Shown: positions 9,284 to 18,454 of the stretch, piece by piece
Position numbering within the stretch: position 1 is the stretch's first letter
Layout: each line of letters starts with the position of its first letter
NCBI GenBank assembly: GCA_965250285.1
Contig: OZ252299.1
Location: 5,216,001 to 5,280,000, forward strand
Length of the DNA: 64,000 bases
DNA from: Myxococcota bacterium
GTDB taxonomy: Bacteria > Myxococcota_A > UBA9160 > UBA4427
Direction of reading: 5' to 3'
Notes under the pieces: generated by a model
What the model was told of the DNA's origin: nothing
Seen by the model: the letters and a program-made list of their open reading frames with translations, nothing else
Databases searched by the model: none
Position numbers and translations under genes: made by a program

Positions 9284-10546
9284 ATGACGATCAGTCTCTT
9301 CAATCGAACTTCGATGTTCTCGGAGCATGCGGCGAAGCCGTTCCGTGCGGGGCGTGCCCTCGCTCGGTTTGCGCTGACCGCGTGTGTCGCCGCTTTCTTC
9401 TTCGGCTCGCCGGCATTGGCCGGTGACGTCGAGCGGGCGCGGCGAATTCACGACCGTCTGGTCGGCGTCCCGCCGACCGCGGATCGTCTCGACGAGATGA
9501 TCCGCTTGATGAACGACGAGTCGGTCGAAGCCGCCGCGCTCTACGCGCTCGAGCACCCCTCGTTCTATGCCGTGACCATCAAGAACATGGTCACGCCCTG
9601 GACGAACGAGGAGCAGACCGTCTTCGCGCCGCTCAACGACTTCACGGCGCTGGTGATCGGGATCATTCGCGACGATGTGCCCTACAACGAAGTCCTGACG
9701 ATCGACCGCATGTATCACGGTCGAAACGGCGTGGTGCCCAACAACTACTCGCCGAACAACAACTTGCACTACGAGCAGCTCGAAGCCGATCGGATCGATC
9801 TTTCGAACGATCAGGACTTCGTCTGGACCGAGCAGTCGCAGCTGCCGGGCAGCCAGCTGTCTTCGTCCGATGCGGCCGGCGTGCTTACGAGCCGTGCAGC
9901 GGGTGAGGCGTACTTCACCGCAGGCACGAACCGTGCAATGACCCGGTTCACCTTCATGAACTTCATGTGCCGCGACATGGAGGCGGTCCTCGATACGACG
10001 CGACCGCTCGATCGCGTGCGGCAGGACGTGTCGCGAAGCCCGGGCGGTGACAGCTCGATCTTCTTGAACTCGTGCGTCGGCTGCCACGCCGGCATGGATC
10101 CGCTCTCGGGCGCATTCGCCTACTTCGATTGGGTGCCGGCCGACGATCCGCCGAACAACACCGGCCGCGTGGTCCACACCCCGGGCCAGGTCCAGGAGAA
10201 GTACGGGATCAACGCGAACACGTTCCCGGCTGGCTACGCGACCATGGACAACCGATGGGACAACTACTGGCGCGAAGGCCCGAACTCGGTGCTCGGTTGG
10301 CCGGGGGGGCCGTCCGGCGGCTATGGCGCGAAGGGATTCGGCGCCGAGCTCGCCAATAGTGACGCCTTCGCCACGTGCCAGGTCGAACAGGTCTTCGAGC
10401 AGGTGTGCTTCCGCCCCGTCAACTCGGACGCCGACCGCACTGCGGTGTCGGGCATCGTCCAGACGTTCCAGGACGAGGGGTATTCGATGAAGCGCGTCTT
10501 CGCCCAGGTGGCGGAGTACTGCACCGAGGGCGAGGCCGTCCCCTGA
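9284..10546 (+). CDS. Exported monoheme c-type cytochrome-like protein of unknown function
   Basis: Signal peptide, 'CVGCH' at 10073-10087; C-terminus 'FATCQVEQVF...GYSMKRVF' resembles DUF1585-type helical domains. Confidence 0.7.
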   Translation: MTISLFNRTSMFSEHAAKPFRAGRALARFALTACVAAFFFGSPALAGDVERARRIHDRLVGVPPTADRLDEMIRLMNDESVEAAALYALEHPSFYAVTIKNMVTPWTNEEQTVFAPLNDFTALVIGIIRDDVPYNEVLTIDRMYHGRNGVVPNNYSPNNNLHYEQLEADRIDLSNDQDFVWTEQSQLPGSQLSSSDAAGVLTSRAAGEAYFTAGTNRAMTRFTFMNFMCRDMEAVLDTTRPLDRVRQDVSRSPGGDSSIFLNSCVGCHAGMDPLSGAFAYFDWVPADDPPNNTGRVVHTPGQVQEKYGINANTFPAGYATMDNRWDNYWREGPNSVLGWPGGPSGGYGAKGFGAELANSDAFATCQVEQVFEQVCFRPVNSDADRTAVSGIVQTFQDEGYSMKRVFAQVAEYCTEGEAVP

Positions 10547-10640
10547 CGGCGAACGCCGGCTCTCGGGTGATCCGCCGAGCCAGCGTGCGAACGACGAACC
10601 CAGGCCAGATCGAAGCGTCGAGGGGACCTAGGAGCAGCCG

Positions 10641-12866
10641 ATGAGCATCGCAGTCCATCGTGAAGAACTGAATCAGACTCGACCCGAGGCGGCACGAAGC
10701 CGCATCGCGGGTGCCCTCGTGCGCCTGATCGCACTGGCGGGCGTCGCCCTGAGTGCCGCCGCGTGCGGTGTCTACGAGGGGGGTGACGCCACGGCCGAAG
10801 GCGGCGGCGGCGTCGCGTTCGCGGCGGCCTCATCGGGCATTTCCGAAGCCGATCAGATCGCGACCTTCGAAGAGACTCTCTTCCCGGTCATGCGCGACTA
10901 CACGTGCAAGAACTGCCACATCAGCAGCAACAACTCGGTGCCGTTCAATCTCGCCGACGCGACCCCCTCGGTCGCGTTCCGCGCGATCGTAGACAACAAC
11001 CGGGTGAACTTCGGCAATCCCGGTCAGTCGCGCCTCGTCGCTCGCCTGCTCTCCGACAACCACCACTGCTGGTCTGACTGCTCGTCGGACGGCGGTGAGA
11101 TGCTCGCCGCGATTCAGGCGTGGATCGCACGCATGGACGATCTGAGTGGTGGGCTCGAGGGCGGCATCGACGTGGGCGGTGAGGCTCTCGCGAGTGAGAC
11201 GCTGACGCAGTTCGATGGCGAGACCGACGAAGGCGGCCAGCGCTACTCGAACAGCCTCATCGCTTTCTGGAAGTTCGATGAGTTCGACCCCACGGGCAGC
11301 CCGGTGATCGCCCAGGACACGAGCGGCGTCGCGCCCGCGATCGATCTCGAGCTCGAGGGTGACGTCGACTTCATGCAGGCCTACGGCCTCGACATCGCGG
11401 CGGGTGGTCGCGCGATCGCCTCGGCCGACCAGAGCCGCAAGCTGTACGACATGATCGCAGATCAGACGACGGGTACGGGTCAGTACAGCGTCGAGGCTTG
11501 GGTGGTGCCCGCAAACATCACGCAGGGTGGCGACGACCTCGCGCGCATCGTCACGTACTCGCGCAACAACGGCAGCCGCAACTTCACGCTGGCCCAGCAG
11601 CTCTATCAGTACGTCGCACGAAACCGAAATGCAGGCACCCAGGTGGGCAACAACGGTACGCCGGCGCTCGAGACGTACGACGTCGACCAGGACGCGCAGG
11701 CCGCACTGCAGCATGTCGTGATGACCTACGACCGCGCTCGGGGGCGCCGCATCTACGTGGATGGAGCGTGGACGGGCGACGAAGACGAGTTCGAGCCCGG
11801 CCCCCTCTGGAACTGGGAGACGAACCACCAGCTGGTCCTGGGTGACGAGCGCACCGGCAATCGCCAGTGGCTCGGTCAGATCCGAATGCTGGCGATCTAC
11901 AACAAGGCCCTCGACGATCAGGCCGTCCGCACCAACTACACCGCGGGTGTGGGTCTGCGCGTGAAGATGGTGTTCGACGTCAGCCGCTGGGCCGGCGACG
12001 GAGCCGTCGTCGAGATGTCTCGCTCGCAGATCGACGACCAGTCGTATCTCTTCTGCCAGCCGACGCTGGTGTCGGAGAGCCCCGGTATCCGGCTGCAGAA
12101 CATGCGCGTGCGCGTGAATGGCATCGAGCCGGCTTCGGGTCAGGGCTTCTCGAACGTCAGTACGATCGTGTCGAGCGGCCGCGAAGAGCTGTCGCGTGGC
12201 TGCACGATCGTCGAGAACCCGGCGGGCGACGACGAGTTCGATCTGGTCTTCGAGGTGCTCGGCCCCTACGCCGACCCGATCGACGACCCGACCTACGCAC
12301 CGATCTCGTATGACTACAGCGGTGCCGAGAACCTGCCCGAGCACGGTGTGCGCAACTTCGCGCGGGTGAACGCCGCCATGCTCGAGCTGACGGGTGTCGA
12401 CGCCTTTTCGCCCTCGATCGGGGCGGCTCGAGGCGACAACCCGGGCGAGACGCTCCAGGACGTCTACGACGACCTGCGACAGCAGATGCCCGACTCGTAC
12501 GACGTGCGGTCGTTCGTCAGCTCGCACCAGGTGGCGATCACGAAGCTCGGTCTCGAGTACTGCTCGGCGATGGTTGCGGACGATGTGACGCGAGACGCGT
12601 TCTTCGACGCCGCTCCCTTCGACTTCGATGCCGCGCCGGCTGCCGCATTCGTCGACGCGAGCCCGATCATCGTGCCTCTCGTCGACAAGATGATCGACCC
12701 GGCGGACAACAATCAGCCCAGTGCGCTCGACATGACGTCGCGCCTCGAGATGCTGATCGGTGACCTCGAGGTCGACTGCGGTACGACGGGTAGTTGTTCG
12801 ACGCGAGACATCGTGGCCGGTGCTTGCACCGCGACCCTCGCCAGCGCAACGATGACGATGCACTGA
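10641..12866 (+). CDS. Lipoprotein with CxxCH heme motif and LamG/concanavalin-like jelly-roll domain
   Basis: Lipobox 'AAAC', 'CKNCH' at 10905-10919, LamG motifs 'YSVEAWV', 'QHVVMTYD', 'RIYVDG', 'IYNKAL'. Confidence 0.8.
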   Translation: MSIAVHREELNQTRPEAARSRIAGALVRLIALAGVALSAAACGVYEGGDATAEGGGGVAFAAASSGISEADQIATFEETLFPVMRDYTCKNCHISSNNSVPFNLADATPSVAFRAIVDNNRVNFGNPGQSRLVARLLSDNHHCWSDCSSDGGEMLAAIQAWIARMDDLSGGLEGGIDVGGEALASETLTQFDGETDEGGQRYSNSLIAFWKFDEFDPTGSPVIAQDTSGVAPAIDLELEGDVDFMQAYGLDIAAGGRAIASADQSRKLYDMIADQTTGTGQYSVEAWVVPANITQGGDDLARIVTYSRNNGSRNFTLAQQLYQYVARNRNAGTQVGNNGTPALETYDVDQDAQAALQHVVMTYDRARGRRIYVDGAWTGDEDEFEPGPLWNWETNHQLVLGDERTGNRQWLGQIRMLAIYNKALDDQAVRTNYTAGVGLRVKMVFDVSRWAGDGAVVEMSRSQIDDQSYLFCQPTLVSESPGIRLQNMRVRVNGIEPASGQGFSNVSTIVSSGREELSRGCTIVENPAGDDEFDLVFEVLGPYADPIDDPTYAPISYDYSGAENLPEHGVRNFARVNAAMLELTGVDAFSPSIGAARGDNPGETLQDVYDDLRQQMPDSYDVRSFVSSHQVAITKLGLEYCSAMVADDVTRDAFFDAAPFDFDAAPAAAFVDASPIIVPLVDKMIDPADNNQPSALDMTSRLEMLIGDLEVDCGTTGSCSTRDIVAGACTATLASATMTMH

Positions 12867-12916
12867 TCCACGAATCAGGCGAATCGACCCCTGACTCATG
12901 GAGGTTTGGAAGACCC

Positions 12917-14449
12917 ATGGCTGACCATCACGACGACTTCGACATTGATGAACTCGAGCTGCGCCCCCTGCTCCACGAGGGCCACAAGCGTCCGGTGACG
13001 CGGCGCGAGTTCCTGGGACAGGGGATGGTTGCCGGCGGCGCGATCATCGCCTCGCCGAGCCTCTTCGGGCTGCTCGACGGTGACGCAGAGGCGCAGGCCT
13101 GCTCGGTGGGCGCCGCGGGTGGGATCCCGTTCATCGGCTTCGATCTGGCCGGTGGTGCGAACATCGCGGGCTCGAACGTGTTGGTGGGCCAGGACGGCCA
13201 GCTCGACGAGCTCTCGGTCGTCGGGTACGAGAAGCTCGGGCTGCCGGCCGACATGACGCCCCAGGGCGTTCCGGCGGGCACGCAGGTCTTCGACGACTCG
13301 ATGGGGCTGCTGTTTCACTTCGACTCGGCCCTGCTGCGCGGCATTCGGCGGTTCGCTTCGCCGGAGACGCTCGCCAAGGTCAACGGCACCGTGATCTGTG
13401 CCCGCTCGGCCAACGACACAGCCAACAATCCGCACAATCCGATCTACGGCATCAATGCCGCGGGCGCGATGGGCGCGCTCGTGCCGTTGATCGGTACGGA
13501 ATCCTCCGACTCGGGCGGCCGCTCGATGGTGCCGGCGAAGATGTTCGAGCCGTCGGTGCGGCCGACGAAGGTCGATCGCCCCGAGGATGCAACCGGTCTC
13601 GTCGACACCGGGTATCTCTCGCAGATGCTGACGGGTGAGGGGGCGGGTTCGGTCATGGCCGCGATCAAGGACATCAGCGATGACAAGGTCGCCCGGATGG
13701 CCGAGCAGCAGGCCGTCACCGATCTGGTGAACTGTGCCTACAACAAGAGCGCCGATCTCGTCGTCACGTACGGCGATCCGACGTTGCTCGATCCGCGCAA
13801 CGACGATCGATTCGTCGGCCCGGCCGGAATCTTCGCCACAGCCGGCGATCTCGACTCGCGGAGTGAGTACCGCAAGGTCAGCTCGGTCGCGAAGCTCGTG
13901 TGCGAAGGGCATGCGGGCGGCGCCACCGTCGAGTTCGGTGGCTACGACTATCACGGGGACAGCCGGTCACGTGGCGAGCTCAAGGACGAGCGCGCGGGTG
14001 AGGCCATCGGGATCGCGCTCGAGTTCGCCGCACGCAACGGCAACGACCTCTGCCTGTACCTCTTCAGCGACGGCAGCGTGTCCTCCGACGGGACGCTCGA
14101 CAACTCGGCTGATGGCCGTGGCAAGGGCATCTGGAGGAGCGATAACTCGTCGACTGCCGCATCGGTGATGCTGGTGTACCAGCACAATGCAATCGAGCGT
14201 CCGACACTGCGCGATCCGTCGCTGCAGCAGATCGGATACATGCGCGCATCGGCGTCGGTCGAGACGAACCCGGGCGGTGCCGCGACCCAGATTGCGAATG
14301 CACCGGGCCTGCTGGCCGAGGCGGTCGTGCTGAACTACCTGGGGCTCATGGGCCGAGAGGGCGAGTACGCTGCCGTCATGGGCGGCAACCCCGGCCTCGT
14401 CGGCCCGAACCTGGTCGACGAGCTGGTCGCGTTCACGCCGATCGTCTGA
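12917..14449 (+). CDS. Tat-exported protein, DUF1501-like
   Basis: Twin-arginine motif 'TRREFLG', AxA cleavage site, 'GGYDYHG'; third gene of the cytochrome operon. Confidence 0.65.
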   Translation: MADHHDDFDIDELELRPLLHEGHKRPVTRREFLGQGMVAGGAIIASPSLFGLLDGDAEAQACSVGAAGGIPFIGFDLAGGANIAGSNVLVGQDGQLDELSVVGYEKLGLPADMTPQGVPAGTQVFDDSMGLLFHFDSALLRGIRRFASPETLAKVNGTVICARSANDTANNPHNPIYGINAAGAMGALVPLIGTESSDSGGRSMVPAKMFEPSVRPTKVDRPEDATGLVDTGYLSQMLTGEGAGSVMAAIKDISDDKVARMAEQQAVTDLVNCAYNKSADLVVTYGDPTLLDPRNDDRFVGPAGIFATAGDLDSRSEYRKVSSVAKLVCEGHAGGATVEFGGYDYHGDSRSRGELKDERAGEAIGIALEFAARNGNDLCLYLFSDGSVSSDGTLDNSADGRGKGIWRSDNSSTAASVMLVYQHNAIERPTLRDPSLQQIGYMRASASVETNPGGAATQIANAPGLLAEAVVLNYLGLMGREGEYAAVMGGNPGLVGPNLVDELVAFTPIV

Positions 14450-14633
14450 ACCCGGTTCGAACACGGACACCGCTCGGTGCCACCCGGTGCCGCCATGCCG
14501 ATCGCTCGCTTCGCAGCGATCGGGGTGGCGGGGGCGGTCCGCGGCTGGGCATACTCTCCCGAGTCACGTCGAGGCCGAATCTCCGATTGCGGAGAGGGCG
14601 CGCCGACCGAGATCGGGAGAATGGTCCGTGCAG

Positions 14634-14996
14634 ATGATTCGCGAGAAGCTCGTTTCGAAGGGCGCTGCTGCCCTGGTTCGCACCCTGGCCGGCGGCATCG
14701 CCGTCGCGCTGCTCTGCGCATCCGGTCCGGCGCTGTCCTTCGCTCCCGAGACCGCGCCCGAGTCGATCGACTCCGTCGTCGAACAGCCCGTGCAGACCTA
14801 CTCGCCTTACGTGATGGCCTACGACAAGCTCGATGTCGAAGATCGTCAGGGCTACAACAGCGAGTACATCTTCGGCATGACCAAGGGCATCATGCAGTCG
14901 ACGCTCGTGCCGGCGCTCAAGCCCGTGCTCGCGATCTTCACCATTCCGCTCGATATCGCGTTCTTGCCGTTCGCGGCCATCATCGGGTTCTTCTAG
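14634..14996 (+). CDS. Small exported/membrane hypothetical protein
   Basis: Signal peptide, hydrophobic C-terminus 'IFTIPLDIAFLPFAAIIGFF', coding-like codon usage. Confidence 0.7.
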   Translation: MIREKLVSKGAAALVRTLAGGIAVALLCASGPALSFAPETAPESIDSVVEQPVQTYSPYVMAYDKLDVEDRQGYNSEYIFGMTKGIMQSTLVPALKPVLAIFTIPLDIAFLPFAAIIGFF

Positions 14997-15039
14997 CGCA
15001 CACGTCCACTTTGGGTTGAAACGAGCGGGCCGAGGCGGG

Positions 15040-15203
15040 TTCGCATTCTGGGGCCGTCGTCCTCAGACTGCGTCGGGCCGGCTGTGCGGGATTGGTGTGT
15101 CTTCGCTTCGTGCGGGCGCGCGGGCGCGCGGGCGCGCGGGCGCGCGGGCGTGCGGGTGGCGCTGGCCCGACTTCGATTGCGGGCGCCGGCCCCAGAATGC
15201 GAA
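15040..15203 (+). repeat. Dispersed hairpin element copy R1 (subfamily A) with internal (GCGGGCGC)n tandem repeat
   Basis: TTCGCATTCTGGGGCCG...CGGCCCCAGAATGCGAA terminal inverted repeat; CGTCCTCAGA and TTGCGGGCG cores. Confidence 0.9.
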
Positions 15204-15304
15204 GGGCGAGAGTGCTTGCTGGCACCGCGGGGGGGTGGCACGTACGGGCTTTCTTTGGGGGGTGTCGCGGCCTGCGGCCGCGGGGAGTGCTTGGGGGTTG
15301 TGGG

Positions 15305-16648
15305 TCAGCGGGGGGCGGTGACGACGAGGACTTTGCGTTGGCCCTTCGCGAGGTCGAAGTCGAACGAGTGGGTCTCGCTCGCGTTGCCTGAGAGAGACAC
15401 TTCGATCGTGTGCGAGCCCGGCGGCAGCTGCTCCCTGAAGATGTAGACGCTGCCCGGCAGGAAGAGCCACGAGCGCGTGTCGGGCTTGTCGGCAGCCGTG
15501 AGGACGGCTTCGGTGAGCAGCGCCGCGGCCCAGCCCCAGCCTTCGTTGCCGCCCGACTGGCCGGCCTGGCGCATGCCCTCCGAGGCGGCGGCTCGCACGA
15601 TCATCCTCGAGATCGCGGCCCCGATGATGCGCGGGAAGATTTCGTCGTACTCGTTCTTGATCTCGGCCGCGAGGTTGCTCGAAAACTCCATGCTCGACTT
15701 GCGGCCGTTGATCACGACCGAGGCCGAGTTGAACGCGGACGGCCACGAGACGAGCTTGGGGTAGTTGACGAACTTGAAGGCCGAGTAGCCGAGGACCGCG
15801 GGATCGCCCGTGATGTACGTGCCGGCGATCCCGACCGCGGCGCCGATCGGCATGCGCTCCGGGATCTTGTAGGGCACCCGGCCGATCGCGGCGATGACGA
15901 GGACCTCGGTCACCGGTCCGCTCGGCACCCTGGGTGCAGGTTTGGCGGCCATGTACTCCTTGAGCTTGCGTCCCCGGTAGGGGCTGATCTGGGCCAGCCG
16001 TGTCACCGGCTCGCGGAGGCTCTCGAGCTGCCGCACCTGGATCACCTCGTCGTAGTATCGCAGCGCCGAGGTCGGGTCGCCGAGCATCTCCATGGTGAAA
16101 CCCGACAGGTACGAGCCGAGCGTGCCGTACGCATGCTTCGGGTCGAACTCCTTCAGGTAGTTCTGCATCACGGTGAAGCGACGCGACTCGATGCGGGCGC
16201 CCGACCAATCCCCCAGAGAGAGGTAGTTCAGCATGTTGAACGCGTTGAGCGAGAGCTTCTCGGTGGGCGACGCGGTGTACTTACCGGCGCTGTCGCTATA
16301 GACCCACTCGCCGATCTTGCCGACGGCGTCACCCGACAGATCGAGGAAGTCGAGCTGCTTGTCGGCCTCTCCGAAGTCGCGGCTGCTGTTCTTCCACTGC
16401 TCGAGCGCCTGCAGCAGCGTGCCGCGCTCGAGGACGCCGAGGGTCTCTTCCGAGTTCCAGTCCTTGGGCAGCTCATCGGGGCCGACGCTCAGCATCTTGT
16501 CGATCGAGGAGACGCCGCCGGCGTAATCGCCGGCGGCGACGGTCCTCGACGTCGCCTGCATCTTGTCCGTATACGTGGCGCAGCCACCCACGGCGAAGAT
16601 CAGGCTTGCGACCAGGACGAGCCGGGCCACTGTGCGACGGTTCGACAT
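15305..16648 (-). CDS. COG3014-like lipoprotein (helical repeats), LpoB-associated
   Basis: Lipobox 'VGGC', 'KPDTRSWLFLP' motif, follows an LpoB-like gene. Confidence 0.7.
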   Translation of the reverse strand: MSNRRTVARLVLVASLIFAVGGCATYTDKMQATSRTVAAGDYAGGVSSIDKMLSVGPDELPKDWNSEETLGVLERGTLLQALEQWKNSSRDFGEADKQLDFLDLSGDAVGKIGEWVYSDSAGKYTASPTEKLSLNAFNMLNYLSLGDWSGARIESRRFTVMQNYLKEFDPKHAYGTLGSYLSGFTMEMLGDPTSALRYYDEVIQVRQLESLREPVTRLAQISPYRGRKLKEYMAAKPAPRVPSGPVTEVLVIAAIGRVPYKIPERMPIGAAVGIAGTYITGDPAVLGYSAFKFVNYPKLVSWPSAFNSASVVINGRKSSMEFSSNLAAEIKNEYDEIFPRIIGAAISRMIVRAAASEGMRQAGQSGGNEGWGWAAALLTEAVLTAADKPDTRSWLFLPGSVYIFREQLPPGSHTIEVSLSGNASETHSFDFDLAKGQRKVLVVTAPR

Positions 16649-16659
16649 CAAGGCGTTGT

Positions 16660-17268
16660 TCAGCCCTTGAGCGCCTTGCTTCGGGCCGACTCGTTCTGGA
16701 ACTTCACGATGCCGGTCTCGACCTCGATGATCTGGATGAAGAGGCTGTACTGAACGCGGCGCGTCTTCTGCAGCCGCTCGTCGACCGACATCAGCTTGCC
16801 GGTGACGAAGTACTTGGCGCCGATCTGCCGACCGAGTCGGGCGGCCGAGGTCGGGTCGTAGATCGCGCCCTGTTGGATGCCGATCTCCTTCGCGAGCGCG
16901 GCCTGACGCTCCTTCGACACGACCTGAACCTCACCGCTGTTCACGAGCGCCGTCTCGAGCGACGAGAGCAGCGTGGCCATCTGGTCTTCGAGGTGCTCGG
17001 TCGTTGCGTTCTGGATCGGCCAGATCGCCATCACCGGCGGCTTGCTCGCGGGCAGCACCTCGTTGTTCCAGAACTTGCTGTCGAACAGACCGTTCAGGTT
17101 CTGGTCGACGAGGTACACGATGTCCTCGCGATCGAGCCCCGTGCTCATCGCGGGCTGATCCATGTTCGGATTTTCGGTGCCCTCGCCGCCGCGCATGGCG
17201 CGGGGCGCGCAGCCGATGGCCACGGCCAGGAGCAGAAGGAGCGCGAGAGTCGCGAGTCGATGGAGCAT
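16660..17268 (-). CDS. LpoB/CsgG-like lipoprotein (penicillin-binding protein activator family)
   Basis: Lipobox 'AIGC', 'IQNATTEH', 'AARLGRQIGAKYFVTG', 'IEVETG'. Confidence 0.75.
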   Translation of the reverse strand: MLHRLATLALLLLLAVAIGCAPRAMRGGEGTENPNMDQPAMSTGLDREDIVYLVDQNLNGLFDSKFWNNEVLPASKPPVMAIWPIQNATTEHLEDQMATLLSSLETALVNSGEVQVVSKERQAALAKEIGIQQGAIYDPTSAARLGRQIGAKYFVTGKLMSVDERLQKTRRVQYSLFIQIIEVETGIVKFQNESARSKALKG

Positions 17269-17497
17269 GAGGTCCCTTTCATTCGCGTTGAATCGCTGAC
17301 GTGCTCGAAGCCCGACCGGGCCCGGACGCGTAGACGAAGCTCTATGTTGACATCCAATCGGACGTCGCGCCCCCGTGTCGCGTTCGCAGAGGGTGGGGAT
17401 TTGTGAAGATCTCGACGTGGGGGGGCGACGAGATAGCCTCTCGGAACTGCTCTGTTTTTCGTGCGGGTCGCGGCCCGACCCGCGCATCGGAGAACGC

Positions 17498-18262
17498 GTG
17501 CCCGACCTCAGCGAAGACCGCTCCGACACCGCCGGCAGCACGATGCACCTCGAGGTCGATGCCGGCCTCGCCTGGCTGACGCTCGACGACGGCCGCGCGA
17601 ACGCGATCGGCCGAGCGTTCTGTCGCGAAATGAACGAGCGCCTGGACGAGATCGAGCAGGCCGAATGTCACGCGGTGGTGTTGCGAGGTCGGCCCGGCTT
17701 CTTTTCGGGGGGGCTCGACCTCAAGGAGCTGCCCGATCTCGCGCCCGACGACCTGGTTGCGATGACCGGGCGCTTCATGGAGATGATGCACCGCCTCTTC
17801 CTCTACCCGAAGCCGATCGTGGCGGCGGCCGACGGACACGCGATCGCCGGCGGGATGATGCTCTATCTCGCCGCCGACCTTCGGCTCGCCGTCGATCGGC
17901 CCGGCGCACGCTTCGGTCTGAACGAAGCGCTGACAGGGATTCCGCTGCTCGGCGGCACAGCCGGGATCTGCACGGCGTCGATCCCGCCGCAGTTTCACAC
18001 CGAGCTGATCCTGCACGGGCGCCTGATCGATGCGCGAGGGACCGCCGACCGGGGCATCACCGACGAGCTCGTCGACGATGCGGCGTCACTCGAGGCGCGA
18101 GCGCGCGCCCGGGCCGCGGCGCTCTCCGATCTCGACGGGCCAGCATATGGGCTCAACAAGCGGATCCTGCGCGAGCCCGCGTGGGAGGCGGCCGTGGCCC
18201 AGGCCGAGCAGCTCGCCGACCAGGCGCCGGCCGGCAACGTCTTCGCGTCGATTCGCCGCTGA
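17498..18262 (+). CDS. Enoyl-CoA hydratase/isomerase family protein
   Basis: 'FFSGGLDL', 'PKPIVAAADGHAIAGG', 'FGLNE'; start uncertain (17498 GTG or 17543 ATG). Confidence 0.88.
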   Translation: MPDLSEDRSDTAGSTMHLEVDAGLAWLTLDDGRANAIGRAFCREMNERLDEIEQAECHAVVLRGRPGFFSGGLDLKELPDLAPDDLVAMTGRFMEMMHRLFLYPKPIVAAADGHAIAGGMMLYLAADLRLAVDRPGARFGLNEALTGIPLLGGTAGICTASIPPQFHTELILHGRLIDARGTADRGITDELVDDAASLEARARARAAALSDLDGPAYGLNKRILREPAWEAAVAQAEQLADQAPAGNVFASIRR

Positions 18263-18273
18263 GCTCGTCCGCC

Positions 18274-18454
18274 GGTTTCTCAGGGCAGGGCGCCTTCTCG
18301 CCGGTCGCGCGTCGGGTTCTCGGGGCAGGGCGCGTTCTCGCCGGTCGCGCGTCGGTTTCTCAGGGCAGGGCGCCTTCTCGCCAGGCGCGCGTCGGCTTCT
18401 CAGGGCAGGGTCCCTTCGTACCGGGCGCGCGTCGAGTTCTCAGGGCAGGGCGCC
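18274..18454. repeat. 40-bp tandem repeat, about 4.5 units
   Basis: Unit approx. GGTTTCTCAGGGCAGGGCGCCTTCTCGCCGGTCGCGCGTC at exact 40-bp period. Confidence 0.92.

Noticed and set aside
10830..12899. Long antisense ORFs (also 33409-36612, 40746-42740, 43959-45866, 52290-55385, 60926-63013)
   Set aside because: Shadow frames of well-supported genes caused by GC3 bias; no recognisable motifs
12917..14449. Calling this gene T2SS GspF because a secretin is nearby
   Set aside because: It has a Tat signal and no GspF-type transmembrane helices; it looks like a soluble exported protein
15016..15446. Short ORFs spanning the hairpin elements (FAFWGRRPQ / FSGVSSSD / SEDDTPE peptides)
   Set aside because: Recurring peptides are translations of the repeat in varying frames, with no consistent start, RBS or length
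17402..17417. Third CRP-like site TGTGA-AGATCT-CGACG
   Set aside because: The second half-site is too degenerate to support
18274..18454. Possible CRISPR array
   Set aside because: Contiguous 40-bp units with no unique spacers, and no cas genes in the window
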